From Candidatus Hadarchaeota archaeon (GTDB lineage: Archaea > Hadarchaeota > Hadarchaeia > Hadarchaeales > Hadarchaeaceae), in the NCBI GenBank assembly GCA_964514965.1, contig CAZETV010000001.1, forward strand, positions 540,788 to 572,787: 32,000 nucleotides of DNA, written 5' to 3'. The notes below the pieces were generated by a model. It had not been told where the DNA came from. It did not search any database and saw only the letters and a program-made list of their open reading frames with translations. The translations under genes were made by a program, and so were the position numbers. This document shows, one piece after another, positions 1 to 9,703 of the stretch. The first letter of the stretch is position 1, and each line of letters begins with the position of its first letter.

Positions 1-1827
1 CCGGATAATAGCAAGCCGAGGGTGGTCGATGGGCGAATCGTAGCATCGCCAGAATATCTGCCTTCCGGGGAGCTACACTATTGGGTGCACGACTCTGTAA
101 CTTTGAGGTTTGTCGCGTTAGAAGAGATGATTTTTCTACTTGTGGAGCCATGTTACGTTTTCACCGAGGATGAGGAGAAGTTACTTCCCAAAGAAAAAGC
201 CGGGCCACTTACAACCAAAAAAATTGCCCATGAGTTCAACAGGCAATATTTGCAGCACATAAGATTTTGGATTTCTACTCTCGCAACTGACAAAGATAAA
301 ATTACAATACCAACTAGTCTGGGCTCGATAGTTATTTCTGTAAGCGAAGCTGGGGTAAGTGTAAACTTTGGGGGGGGGAGTCAGGTGAATTCTCAACATG
401 ATTTCCAAAGCTGGCATGTAAATGAGCCGGAATTGTTTTTCGGAGGCGGTAATAGACATGTCGACCAGAAAATCGGACTCACACTTTACGGGCCAGCCCA
501 GCTTCCTGATAAGGCCGATCTCATAAAGTCGATTAATGTGGGGATCGTGGGTACAGGTGAAACAGTTGGTCTCGCCGAAATGTGGATGGAAAAACTAAAG
601 CGTGAGATACCAAGCAAAAAAGAGTCTGTACATTCTCCTTCATTCATGGGATTTGAAAAGACGTTCAATTGCGTACTTAATGTCGCAGATCAATGGAAAG
701 AGATCATCCCTGAAAAAGAGATACAGCAACTTGCAGATCTAGAAAAATATAAAGATTGCGTAAATAAAGCTGTCGATTTGTTTGTAGAAAGGCTCCAAAG
801 CTTGGTAGAACGAGAGCCGCGACCGCAAATCGTTATCTGTGCCATACCTCAAGCTCTTATACGTATAATCGGCAGTCGAAAAACATCTGTAGCAGTTCCA
901 GAAGAAAATGATGTTGCGGATCCTCTACCCGAAGCGATAGATTTCCGGAGAGCATTGAAAGCTAAGGCGATGGGATTTGGGATACCAACTCAGCTGGCTA
1001 AAGAGAGTACATTTACAGGAAAGACGACCACAGAGGAAAGGCCATTACAAGATGAAGCTATGAGAGCTTGGAACTTCTCTGTTGCTCTGTACTATAAGGC
1101 TGGAGGGCTTCCGTGGAGATTGGCAGAGGCTTCTCCAAGGACTTGCTATATCGGCGTATCTTTCTACAGGGAATATTTTCTAAGCGCAGCCAGAACAAGA
1201 ACCAGTTTAGTTCAGATTTTTACATATACAGGAGAAGGTCTTGTGTTAAGGGGCGACAGGTTCGAATGGGATAAAAAGATGGGCAAAAGCCCGCACCTTT
1301 CGAAACAAAATGCGTTTAAGTTGCTGAGAGACGCTATGGACGTTTATCAGCGCCACATGGGACAAACACCTGCGAGAGTAGTTATACATAAAAGCTCCCG
1401 TTATTGGAGCGACGAACTCGCTGGGTTTAGGGAAGCTTGTCAGGGAATCGGCAAAGTCGATTTTGTTTCAGTTGGCAGGCGCGGAATTCGATTTTTGAGG
1501 CAAGGCTTGTACCCTCCTTTGCGTGGTACTGTGATACAGCTGTCCAAGCATAACTATCTGGTCTACACCCGCGGCTATGTGCCCTTATACAGAACTTATC
1601 CCGGTCTTCATGTTCCCCATCCTCTGGAAATACTGGAGCACCACGGTGACTCGGATATTCGAACTGTTTGCAAAGAGATACTTGGATTAACTAAAATGAA
1701 CTGGAACAATGCTGACTATAGCATCCGCGAGCCAGTAACTTTACGCTTCTCGCGAGAAATTGGGGCGATTCTCGCTAATGTTCCAGAAGCTGTAAAGCCC
1801 AGACCACAATACTTGTTCTATATGTGA
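1..1827 (+). CDS. Prokaryotic Argonaute (PIWI domain), probably catalytically inactive; 5' end likely beyond the window
   Basis: Frame is open from base 1 (listed GTG start at 22). C-terminal PIWI-like motifs: NFSVALYYKAGGLPWRLAE, CYIGVSFYREYF, GEGLVLRG, RVVIHKSSRYWSDE, YPPLRGTVIQL, LTKMNWNNADYSIREPVTLRFSREIG, ending PRPQYLFYM. Confidence 0.88.
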   Translation, partial: PDNSKPRVVDGRIVASPEYLPSGELHYWVHDSVTLRFVALEEMIFLLVEPCYVFTEDEEKLLPKEKAGPLTTKKIAHEFNRQYLQHIRFWISTLATDKDKITIPTSLGSIVISVSEAGVSVNFGGGSQVNSQHDFQSWHVNEPELFFGGGNRHVDQKIGLTLYGPAQLPDKADLIKSINVGIVGTGETVGLAEMWMEKLKREIPSKKESVHSPSFMGFEKTFNCVLNVADQWKEIIPEKEIQQLADLEKYKDCVNKAVDLFVERLQSLVEREPRPQIVICAIPQALIRIIGSRKTSVAVPEENDVADPLPEAIDFRRALKAKAMGFGIPTQLAKESTFTGKTTTEERPLQDEAMRAWNFSVALYYKAGGLPWRLAEASPRTCYIGVSFYREYFLSAARTRTSLVQIFTYTGEGLVLRGDRFEWDKKMGKSPHLSKQNAFKLLRDAMDVYQRHMGQTPARVVIHKSSRYWSDELAGFREACQGIGKVDFVSVGRRGIRFLRQGLYPPLRGTVIQLSKHNYLVYTRGYVPLYRTYPGLHVPHPLEILEHHGDSDIRTVCKEILGLTKMNWNNADYSIREPVTLRFSREIGAILANVPEAVKPRPQYLFYM

Positions 1828-2021
1828 ATTTATCGGATAGGTTTACAGATCTGGTACAATAACTTAACTTTGGCAAATCTAGGCTTTTAAACCTCCGATG
1901 ATGGCTTTTGGCCATGACAAAGAACTCTACAAGTTTGAGAGGATGCTTGAGGAAAGCCGATGACAAGCGAACTTAAGTAAACCCAAAAGGGAGCGGGCCG
2001 GACGGGACTCGTACAGGTTTT

Positions 2022-2051
2022 GGGTTCGGGTCCAGCGCAAAATTGCGATTT
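2022..2051 (+). repeat. Copy A of a 30-bp imperfect direct repeat with small hairpin
   Basis: gggttcgggtccagcgcaaaattgcgattt; 27/30 identical to 2212-2241. Confidence 0.7.
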
Positions 2052-2211
2052 AAATCCAACAGCGTGGCAGAAAGTTCGCAGGAGCAGGACTCACCCGAGC
2101 CGCTAGATTAGCACTCGGATTAGTCCGGATTCGTCGGTGTCTATACCCAATAAGGTGCAAGTACCGGCCATCCGTGGGGCAAAGCGGGCCTGGTGGTGTC
2201 CGCACCCAAAA

Positions 2212-2241
2212 GGGTTCGCGTTCAGCGCAAAAATGCGATTT
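2212..2241 (+). repeat. Copy B of a 30-bp imperfect direct repeat with small hairpin
   Basis: gggttcgcgttcagcgcaaaaatgcgattt; 27/30 identical to 2022-2051. Confidence 0.7.
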
Positions 2242-2312
2242 TTTCTGACAAATCCCCAATTAATTTGGCTTTATAACCCCCCTCTTTCCAGACGTTTATT
2301 CAAGAGGGAAAA

Positions 2313-3545
2313 ATGAAGAGCGAAAAAGGAGAAAACAGGCTCGGTTTAAGGAGGGGGATAAAGCGCCGTGGATTCCTTATCGCCGCGTTGGTCTCTTCAA
2401 TCACCCTCATCCTTTTGTGCTGGTCCCCCGCCCACTCGATTAAAATAGGATTCTTGCTGTCCCCATCGATCCTAGCTGTCCTATCAGTTGCGGTTTTATT
2501 GAGCTCTCGAAGACGCCCGCCACGGCGCTTGCCACTACGCCATTTAGGAAAGCTTACGTTGCTCCCCTGTATAGTACTTGTTCTGGTATTCGTTGTTTTT
2601 CCGCGGTTTCTCACTCCTTATTCGGTTTTTCTCGGCGTTGCGGTGCCTCTCTCCATCATTTCGTTCCTGGCCACCCTCGCGGTTCTGGGGCGGGCAGACA
2701 AATCCCTTGCAACACTTGGGATTCTGTTGCTTGTTTTGATCCCCATGGTCTCCCCGTGGCTCGTCCCCCTCTCGCACGCAAATATTTTCGGGGGGAGGGA
2801 AATCGAGGGGATCGCCTCCGGGATTGCCGCTGGCGAGCCAAATGCAGAACTAGTGGCAAGGAGCATAAACAGCTGGGTTTACAACAACATGAGGGATGCC
2901 AACAAATATGGATTCGGAGAACAATTTTTTGATTTCCGTACAATCTCCGAGCCCCCGTACATATGGAGGAGGAGCAACGATCCGTCTGAGATTATTTTTT
3001 ACAGGTACGGCGCCTGCGAGGAATACGCACGTCTATTTGTGGGGTTGGCCACGGAAGCGAAGCTCTCCAGTTGGCGCGTGCACAGTCCGGGGGAAGATCA
3101 CGTTTGGGCCGAGGTCGAGATAGATAACTCGCCTGTGTTTTTCGACCCGAGCAACAACATATTCGGAAATACGGGGGGATACGAAGACATGCGGAGCGTG
3201 CAGGTATCCCAGGTTTACGCGGTTTATGAGAACGGGGAGAACCGCGACATCACAAGCAGGTACACGGACACGGGAAGACTGACTGTCTTTGTAACGAAGG
3301 ATAATGAACCAGTCAACGGCGCGACAGTAATAGTGAAGAGCAAATTCCTGTGGCAGCGTGAACCTGACAAGTATGATTGCCCACGGAATGTCACTGAAAG
3401 TAGCACCGGCGACAATGGCATCTGCATCTTCGATCTGGGGGGGAACGACTACCTGATCCGCGCGGAATCGGGCGGCCTCTGGGATGAGGAAAACGTCGCC
3501 GTGGTAGAAAACGACAACGTCTTCGTGGAGCTGCAGCTGAGCTGA
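2313..3545 (+). CDS. Membrane protein with N-terminal hydrophobic segments, transglutaminase-like domain and C-terminal Ig/carboxypeptidase-regulatory-like domain
   Basis: Cys/His/Asp triad context YGACEEYARLFVGLATEA ... EDHVWAEVEI ... PVFFDPSNN; several hydrophobic helices in the first ~160 aa; ATG start. Confidence 0.82.
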   Translation: MKSEKGENRLGLRRGIKRRGFLIAALVSSITLILLCWSPAHSIKIGFLLSPSILAVLSVAVLLSSRRRPPRRLPLRHLGKLTLLPCIVLVLVFVVFPRFLTPYSVFLGVAVPLSIISFLATLAVLGRADKSLATLGILLLVLIPMVSPWLVPLSHANIFGGREIEGIASGIAAGEPNAELVARSINSWVYNNMRDANKYGFGEQFFDFRTISEPPYIWRRSNDPSEIIFYRYGACEEYARLFVGLATEAKLSSWRVHSPGEDHVWAEVEIDNSPVFFDPSNNIFGNTGGYEDMRSVQVSQVYAVYENGENRDITSRYTDTGRLTVFVTKDNEPVNGATVIVKSKFLWQREPDKYDCPRNVTESSTGDNGICIFDLGGNDYLIRAESGGLWDEENVAVVENDNVFVELQLS

Positions 3546-3558
3546 AATCGAGCGAAGG

Positions 3559-4302
3559 GTGGGACAAGAAATGCCGAAACGTCCAAAACCCGAATCGAAA
3601 ACGGCTGGCCCCAAGCGGTGGGGGCGCGGGCTCCTTCCCCTTCTATGCGCCGTTCTATTGCTCGTGTCCGTTTTGCTGTCATACGTTCTTGCGGTGGGCA
3701 TCAACTCCTTCTTCGAGGGGATTTTGGGGGAGAAAGCCCAAGCCGAGCTAGAGGCCCCGTTCGTGGAGGAGCTCCTGAAACCGCTTGGTCTGATCCTCCT
3801 GGCGGCCGTGCTCTGGTGGGCGAACCGCATCGGGAAGGTAAGGGTTGACTGGCTGAAATCCGCTAAAGTCTACTACACAATCGGGTACGTTAGCGGGTTG
3901 GTTTTCGGGCTGCTTGAGAATTTGCTCAGCTACGAGAAATTTTCTGGCTTGAGGGGGATAGCTCCGTTCTCCCACGCGTTCGGAGCTGGCATGGTAGGTG
4001 TGGGCATCTACTACGTGCTGACGCGAGGGAAAGGGGGGCTGGGCATGTTTGCTTTCCTGTACTCTATTGCGGCCCTGCTCCACTTCGCTTGGAACAACAT
4101 CTTGGCTGCGCGGGCCGTGCTGGGGGCGTTCGAGACGATAATCGGTCTCGCGGCGTTCCTTGTTTTCTTCCAACTCGAACTCCGGGGAAGGTTTGGTTTT
4201 CCGCCAAAAGGGAGTGGCTCTCCCACGGGATGTAGCGGGCATAAGGCGGAATTTACACCATTCTCGTCCCAAAGTTTATACATGCTCGCAAAACAATATT
4301 AA
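3559..4302 (+). CDS. PrsW/CAAX-like membrane protease family protein (alternative ATG at 3571)
   Basis: Motifs FVEELLKPLG, GLVFGLLENLL, FSHAFGAGMVGVG, ALLHFAWNN within a multi-helix hydrophobic protein. Confidence 0.75.
   Translation: MGQEMPKRPKPESKTAGPKRWGRGLLPLLCAVLLLVSVLLSYVLAVGINSFFEGILGEKAQAELEAPFVEELLKPLGLILLAAVLWWANRIGKVRVDWLKSAKVYYTIGYVSGLVFGLLENLLSYEKFSGLRGIAPFSHAFGAGMVGVGIYYVLTRGKGGLGMFAFLYSIAALLHFAWNNILAARAVLGAFETIIGLAAFLVFFQLELRGRFGFPPKGSGSPTGCSGHKAEFTPFSSQSLYMLAKQY
4233..4260 (+). repeat. Left copy of a direct repeat flanking the DUF365-like gene (core ggcggaatttacacca at 4245-4260)
   Basis: Core is identical over 16 bp to 4794-4809; similarity extends upstream (tagcgggcataa vs tagcgagctcaagg). 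Confidence 0.8.
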
Positions 4303-4314
4303 AAATAAGAAATT

Positions 4315-4782
4315 TTGGTCAAAGAAGGAGAGTCCATCATGCCTCACCACACTAAAAAGGTAGAAGCAGTTGTATTTCCACTCAAAGATTTGTACATAGA
4401 CCGATTCTTTAATGATGGAAAAGATGTATTCATAAAGTTTCCAACTCACGAGATTCTCCCAGAGACTACAAAATTTTTAAAACGTCTAATTTTTTACGCT
4501 TCTCGTGCAGATAAAACATTAAGGGGTGAAGCTACTTTAAAAAAAGTAAATCTCATTTCTTTAGAAGACGCACGAAAGAGATACGGTGGTAGGATTTTTC
4601 TCAATACGACTGAAATTTCGCAATATGCCAGAGGCAGAACTAAAAAGATACTTGTGTTTGAACTTGGTAGATTGAAGAAGTACCAGAAGCCGATCCCGTG
4701 GAAGAAACCGATGACCATGGTTGGATGCTATCTAACTGACGAAGAGTATCGCAAAGCGATCAATATGAACATGGAGACATAG
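4315..4782 (+). CDS. DUF365-like (PUA-fold-like) protein; true start may be the ATG at about 4339
   Basis: Pattern VVFPLKDLYIDRFFNDGKDVFIKF ... KRLIFYASRADKTLRGEATLKKV ... YGGRIFLNTTEISQYA ... KKPMTMVGCYL resembles the archaeal DUF365 family. Confidence 0.62.
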   Translation: MVKEGESIMPHHTKKVEAVVFPLKDLYIDRFFNDGKDVFIKFPTHEILPETTKFLKRLIFYASRADKTLRGEATLKKVNLISLEDARKRYGGRIFLNTTEISQYARGRTKKILVFELGRLKKYQKPIPWKKPMTMVGCYLTDEEYRKAINMNMET

Positions 4783-4809
4783 CGAGCTCAAGGGGCGGAA
4801 TTTACACCA
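4780..4809 (+). repeat. Right copy of the direct repeat flanking the DUF365-like gene (core at 4794-4809)
   Basis: ggcggaatttacacca identical to 4245-4260. Confidence 0.8.
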
Positions 4810-4948
4810 ATAGGAAATTGTATTCAGGGTCTTGTCTTGCGCATAAATTTTGAAAATTATTCGCCCCCCCATAACTTCTCCCATTCATCTGGCGCACATA
4901 TTATCCTAAGATCGGGGGCGGGTTCAGAGCCGCCGATTCTTAGTAGCT

Positions 4949-6592
4949 TTATCTTCGATTGATACGACGGTCGCGTAGCTTGGACCAGATACCCCTGAGG
5001 GTGTTAACCTGCTGAGCTGTCAAACCTAACTGATTCATGAGGAGCATTTGGTCGGTCAAATCCAGAACACTCCCTATACCCTCCTTGCTCAGCACCTGAT
5101 TCAAATAGTCGATGTCAAGATTATCAGCTCCTTGAAGGGGGATGGGCAAGCTGGCAATTTCGCTGGGGTACATCTCGAGGACGCCACCTCCGTAGCTACG
5201 CCCCATGACCTCGGAGAAAGCGAAAGTCAACGAGTTGAGGAGCGCGGCGGCTACAGTATTGATATTTGTTTCCCCAACCATCTTGACTCGATGAATGGTG
5301 TCAGTGGAGGTGGCGTCGGTCCGGTTCACAATTATTCTCGGATGCTGATGAATCTGTCGGAGCATGAAACCGTGAGGAATCCACGTAGACGGGACGGTGT
5401 ACCAGGGGTCTCGTATTCGGCACTTGTACCCTTCGTGGATACCTTGGTCTTCACCTGACGTTATGTAGGACCTTAGTGATTTATGAAGCTTGTTTTTTGG
5501 CTCCGGAGGAATTTTGAGCAAGAGCACGGGGCGGTTCTTTCGCAGGTCGCTTTCCCAATCATCTTTGCTGAAAACGATGCCGCTGAAGTGGGCTGATCGC
5601 GTGACAATGGGCACCGTGTAATCTGTAATACCCAACTCTCTCGCCTGGCTCTTTGTCAGAATGAAGAAGCTGTTCTGGCCAGTCACAACCCCTACGTCTA
5701 TATCAAGGACATCTTCTCCCCTAGAGATTTCTCTATTCTCTCGCAGTTTTCTCAGAAGGAGAATCTCATCCTTGTCAAGGAAGTATTGCGTCCACTTCTC
5801 CCGAGTGTGATCCATCGGCTTAACTTCCCGTCTCAGAATCTCATCATGGTCATAGGTTTTGAGGTCCCCCATGTTCCTGAGTTCTACGACGCGAATCCCC
5901 GTGGTGTTCGCTCCGCCACTCTCAGCCAGAAAGAGTACAACTTCCTGTTGGATTCCGCCGAAGACGAGTCGCTCGAAGGTGACGAGGACGATGTTCTTGT
6001 AATATGTACTCAGGAATTCCCTAAGCTCAGCTGCGTAGCTGACCTGAAGAAGCTCGGCGGGAATGACCATGCCCAGGCGTCCGTGCTCTTTCAGCAAGAG
6101 CGTTGACCCGACGAGAAATGGCATCCAAGTATTTGTCAATCTGCTAGGATGGAGACCTGTGCTACGCATCAGCTCCATCGCAATCTCTCGTTGCTTCTTC
6201 GGAAAATTCTGATAGCGGATAAAGGGGGGGTTACCAACTACAGCGTCAAAAAGGTCACGTTTCATCAGACGGGCACGGCAATACTCAAAGAAATCCCCCG
6301 TTCGAACAATCTCCCTAGCGCCCTGAATCCCTAACATTCGTAGGCGTTTCCTAGCCTTCTCGGCTTCCTTGGGGTTGAGCTCAACCGCCCTAATCTGACT
6401 GCTGAGGGAATCCTTCGCCTCTAGACTTGCAAGTCTTTCGGTGACAAATCTCAAGAACACGCCGTCGCCGCAGCCCGGCTCGAGGACTTTTGCGTTGGCG
6501 GACTGAACCGTCCAGTTCGTGATGAACTTCGCAAGAGGGTCTGGTGTGTAGTAACCCCCACGCAGTTTCTGAGGTGACGGCTCGGTTTTCAT
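4949..6592 (-). CDS. N6-adenine DNA methyltransferase, TaqI/Eco57I-like
   Basis: YYTPDPLAKFITNWTV, VLEPGCGDGVFL (motif I), FDAVVGNPPFIRYQNFP (motif IV NPPF), C-terminal TaqI-like region; 4-nt overlap with the upstream gene. Confidence 0.9.
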   Translation of the reverse strand: MKTEPSPQKLRGGYYTPDPLAKFITNWTVQSANAKVLEPGCGDGVFLRFVTERLASLEAKDSLSSQIRAVELNPKEAEKARKRLRMLGIQGAREIVRTGDFFEYCRARLMKRDLFDAVVGNPPFIRYQNFPKKQREIAMELMRSTGLHPSRLTNTWMPFLVGSTLLLKEHGRLGMVIPAELLQVSYAAELREFLSTYYKNIVLVTFERLVFGGIQQEVVLFLAESGGANTTGIRVVELRNMGDLKTYDHDEILRREVKPMDHTREKWTQYFLDKDEILLLRKLRENREISRGEDVLDIDVGVVTGQNSFFILTKSQARELGITDYTVPIVTRSAHFSGIVFSKDDWESDLRKNRPVLLLKIPPEPKNKLHKSLRSYITSGEDQGIHEGYKCRIRDPWYTVPSTWIPHGFMLRQIHQHPRIIVNRTDATSTDTIHRVKMVGETNINTVAAALLNSLTFAFSEVMGRSYGGGVLEMYPSEIASLPIPLQGADNLDIDYLNQVLSKEGIGSVLDLTDQMLLMNQLGLTAQQVNTLRGIWSKLRDRRINRR

Positions 6593-9500
6593 TCCTCCTC
6601 GACCCCCCTTAGCTTGCGTGAGAGTTCTTCTAGGACCCCCACATCCTCTTTGTTAACCTCGTAGAACTCTTCGATTGTCTCGTCTAACTTCTTTCTCAGT
6701 TGCGTCAGGAGTCGCTGATAGCGTGTTTTTGTCTGGGGCGTTTGGGCCTTCTCCCATTTCGCGGTCACATCTATGAGTTTGGTCGTGAGCGAGACGATTT
6801 TCTTGTAGAGTTCCGCTTCTCCTTTGTTGTTCTCGTCCGTCAGCTTGATGGGAAGGTCCTTAATGAACTGCTTACCGTGGGAGTAGTACCCTCCTCTGAA
6901 CTTGCTCGACCGCTCCTCGACCATTGCCTCGAAGACAGGATGCGACAGGACTGCCTGCAGGTAGTGGATTGAGATTTCGCTATCATCCTTAGGTCTGAGA
7001 GCGTAGTATGGACCGTTCCCCCCTCCGGTGAATAGGATGTTGTGATCGTCGTGAACATATCGTGGTTCGAGCGAGAGGATTGGCCAGATGAGCTTGTCTC
7101 GTCCGTCGAACTTGGTTAGGCTCTGGGATCGGCCGAATCTGTACCAGGTTTCTGGGGTGCCCCCCTGGATGCTTCTGTCCTCAATTAGTTCGTCTCGGTA
7201 ATCCTGTAGGTATTTCCAACACTCTGGGAAGTTCTCCTGCATTTCTCTGGGCGTGTAAACTATTGCGCGCCCGCTCTTTACCTTATAAGGGAAAATAATG
7301 TACGTGTTGGCCTTTGGCGTTCCAAAGCACTCTAATGGGGCATCCAAGAGCGAAGGCCTCACAATTGCTTTTTCGACCTTCCTTGGGGTGCCGTCCTTGT
7401 CCGTAAAGTGTATGTAGTTATCGGTCTCCTTTTCCGGCCTAAATATGTAGATTTCGTCTGCGCTGGTCTGGACGCCTACGAAGATGTTCGCGACTGATTC
7501 CAACGTAGCCGGGTTCTCCTGATTCAGGCGCCCGAAGAGTTCCTTCACACTTGGCGGGAGGAACACCCATGGTTCCTCGGATATGTCATCAGCATTGTAC
7601 TCTTCTGTTACCCCTCGTCGTTCGTATTTCCACGCAGATAGGTCCGGGACATGCTCAACGACGAACCGTTCTGCGGGTGCATTGCCCAAGATGAGGATGC
7701 ACGTGTAGGTTGTACTGCGCGGATGGAAGACTTGCTGGACTCCGAAGTCGACGAAGCACCGAAGGTTCTTACCTTCGGAGATTAGCTTGCGGAGAGCTTT
7801 TCCAGACTTAATCTTGGTAAACTTGTGAGGCACGATGTATCCGAGGACGCCGTCTTCGGTCAGCAAGGAAACCGCGCGTTCGATGAAGAGAGCATATTTG
7901 TCGAAGTTGTCGCTCTTGGATGTCTCATAAGGGCACTTTCCACTCTGGTAGAAAGATACCTCCTCGGGGGTGTATTTGACCATATTCTGGATGCGGATGT
8001 AGGGGGGGTTGCCAACAATGATGTCGAAGCCGCCTTCCTTAAAGATTTCAGGGAAAGCATCCCTCCAGTCTAATGGGTTGATACTCCTCAGGAGGTTCTC
8101 ATCATCTAGACCATCGGGATTGAATTTAAGATAAGACGAGGTGTCCACCAAGCTGTTGCCACACTGAATGTTGTCGCTCAGGTTGGGGAGGGCTTTTACC
8201 CTATGGCGTTCGAGATGATCCTTGATTGTTGCGGCAGTCTCATTTTCTAACGTTTTCAGTAGCAGACTGAATCGGGTTACCTCGGCGGCTTGTATGTCGA
8301 TGTCTACGCCGAAGATATTGTTCAACAGTATCCGTTGCTTTTCTCGTAGCGTGAGGTACCACTGGTCTTGCGGTCCCCTGTATAGTTTGTCCTTGTGCTT
8401 CTCGGAACCATCTTTGAGATACCACTCACGATGGTAGTTGAGGAGATGTTCGTACGCAGCAAGCAAGAATGTCCCAGAGCCGCAGGCGATGTCTGCTACA
8501 TGTAGCGACGACAAGTGGTCAGGTGTCTTCCCGTCGCAAGCCGAAGCAACTGTCTGATCAGTAATGTAGTCAACGATGAATGATGGGGTTGGGATAACGC
8601 CGGACTCGACCGCCTCTGGCTTATCCTCAATCTCGACCTTTCTTCCCTCACCGAGTCGTACCTCTTTGCCGAGAAACAGCTCGTAGATTTCACCTAAGAC
8701 TGTTGCGTCCATGACCGAGAAAGCGTACGGGCTTTCGGGGTAGTAGAGCTCCTGAAAGATCTGGATCAGGTTGTCGCTACCCACCTCGACATCGAGGGAG
8801 AGTTGGTCCTCAACGAAGTCGAAAAGGCCTGAGTTGTATCGTTTGTCGGTTTTGAGAAAGAGCTCCTTGAGTTCGTCATATGACTCAACCTTCTGGAGTC
8901 TCTTGTACTTCTCGAGTTCTCGATCCTCACATATCCTCAAAAAGACGATTCGGTTTATGAGCCTCTGTACGAGAAAGTTGAGCGTATCCTGCGCCAGCGA
9001 GGGGTTGCGCGTTGCTAAATCCTTAGCGAGTGCTTCTCGCCAGCCCTCTATCTGTCGGAGGAAGTAGTCGTCGAACGGTTGGGTTCCCTCGATCTCCCTC
9101 TCAACATCGAATACCTTGTCAAACCGGCCGCTATAGACAGATTCCCTTGACAACTGTTCATAAATCTCGTCGAACTTCTGGACGTATTCGTTGTAGCTAT
9201 AAATCTTGAGACGAGCTACACGGACATCGTCCTCTGGTTTTGGAAGGAAGCGACAATCGTAGATGACGAGGTGCTCGAAGTTGGTCAATACGGATACAGG
9301 AAGGCGAGCCGTCCATCCATATCTCCGAAGCTGGAAAGCAGGCTGCTTATTCCTCTCGATGTGAACCGAGGGTTTTTTTGCCTCGACGAAGAGCTTCCGC
9401 TTTCCAGCGACTCTCAGACCGTAGTCGGGCTCTTTGGGTAGCTGACCGCTCTCTTCCTCGGCCTCCACCGATGTCCCGTGAATAACTTCCCTCAGGTGGA

Positions 9501-9687
9501 GTGGAGCACCCTTCTTGTTTTCCACGTCCCAGCCTAGGAGCCTGAGCAAAGGGTCGATGAACTCCTGCCTTGTCTGGATTTCTTTGTAAGCCGCGTCAGA
9601 GCGAACATACTGGTTGCGATTCCGTTCGTACTTCTCCACTAGCTCACGGAGTTCGGCCATCATAGCTTCTCGAACTACGTCTGCCAC
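6589..9687 (-). CDS. Fused restriction-modification enzyme (type IIG-like): N-terminal nuclease, central N6-adenine methyltransferase, C-terminal specificity region
   Basis: N-terminal RQEFIDPLLRLLGWDV ... PDYGLRVAGKRKLFVEAKKP (PD-ExK-like), VADIACGSGTFLLAAYEHLL, FDIIVGNPPYIRIQNM, ... FRGGYYSHGKQFIKDLPI. Confidence 0.9.
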   Translation of the reverse strand: MADVVREAMMAELRELVEKYERNRNQYVRSDAAYKEIQTRQEFIDPLLRLLGWDVENKKGAPLHLREVIHGTSVEAEEESGQLPKEPDYGLRVAGKRKLFVEAKKPSVHIERNKQPAFQLRRYGWTARLPVSVLTNFEHLVIYDCRFLPKPEDDVRVARLKIYSYNEYVQKFDEIYEQLSRESVYSGRFDKVFDVEREIEGTQPFDDYFLRQIEGWREALAKDLATRNPSLAQDTLNFLVQRLINRIVFLRICEDRELEKYKRLQKVESYDELKELFLKTDKRYNSGLFDFVEDQLSLDVEVGSDNLIQIFQELYYPESPYAFSVMDATVLGEIYELFLGKEVRLGEGRKVEIEDKPEAVESGVIPTPSFIVDYITDQTVASACDGKTPDHLSSLHVADIACGSGTFLLAAYEHLLNYHREWYLKDGSEKHKDKLYRGPQDQWYLTLREKQRILLNNIFGVDIDIQAAEVTRFSLLLKTLENETAATIKDHLERHRVKALPNLSDNIQCGNSLVDTSSYLKFNPDGLDDENLLRSINPLDWRDAFPEIFKEGGFDIIVGNPPYIRIQNMVKYTPEEVSFYQSGKCPYETSKSDNFDKYALFIERAVSLLTEDGVLGYIVPHKFTKIKSGKALRKLISEGKNLRCFVDFGVQQVFHPRSTTYTCILILGNAPAERFVVEHVPDLSAWKYERRGVTEEYNADDISEEPWVFLPPSVKELFGRLNQENPATLESVANIFVGVQTSADEIYIFRPEKETDNYIHFTDKDGTPRKVEKAIVRPSLLDAPLECFGTPKANTYIIFPYKVKSGRAIVYTPREMQENFPECWKYLQDYRDELIEDRSIQGGTPETWYRFGRSQSLTKFDGRDKLIWPILSLEPRYVHDDHNILFTGGGNGPYYALRPKDDSEISIHYLQAVLSHPVFEAMVEERSSKFRGGYYSHGKQFIKDLPIKLTDENNKGEAELYKKIVSLTTKLIDVTAKWEKAQTPQTKTRYQRLLTQLRKKLDETIEEFYEVNKEDVGVLEELSRKLRGVEEE

Positions 9688-9703
9688 TCAGTACCACCTT
9701 GGG

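Noticed and set aside
1880-1965. Possible C/D box RNA (gatgatgg ... atgacaag)
   Set aside because: No proper D box (CTGA) and no terminal stem; too weak.
1985-2040. Possible tRNA T-arm (gggttcgggtcc) in the post-Argonaute gap
   Set aside because: No acceptor or anticodon stem pairs with it; reported only as part of a direct repeat.
3033-3830. 265-aa minus-strand ORF (and the 174-aa ORF 3748-4272 -)
   Set aside because: Antisense to clear transglutaminase-like and PrsW-like genes, low-complexity His/Arg-rich, no motifs.
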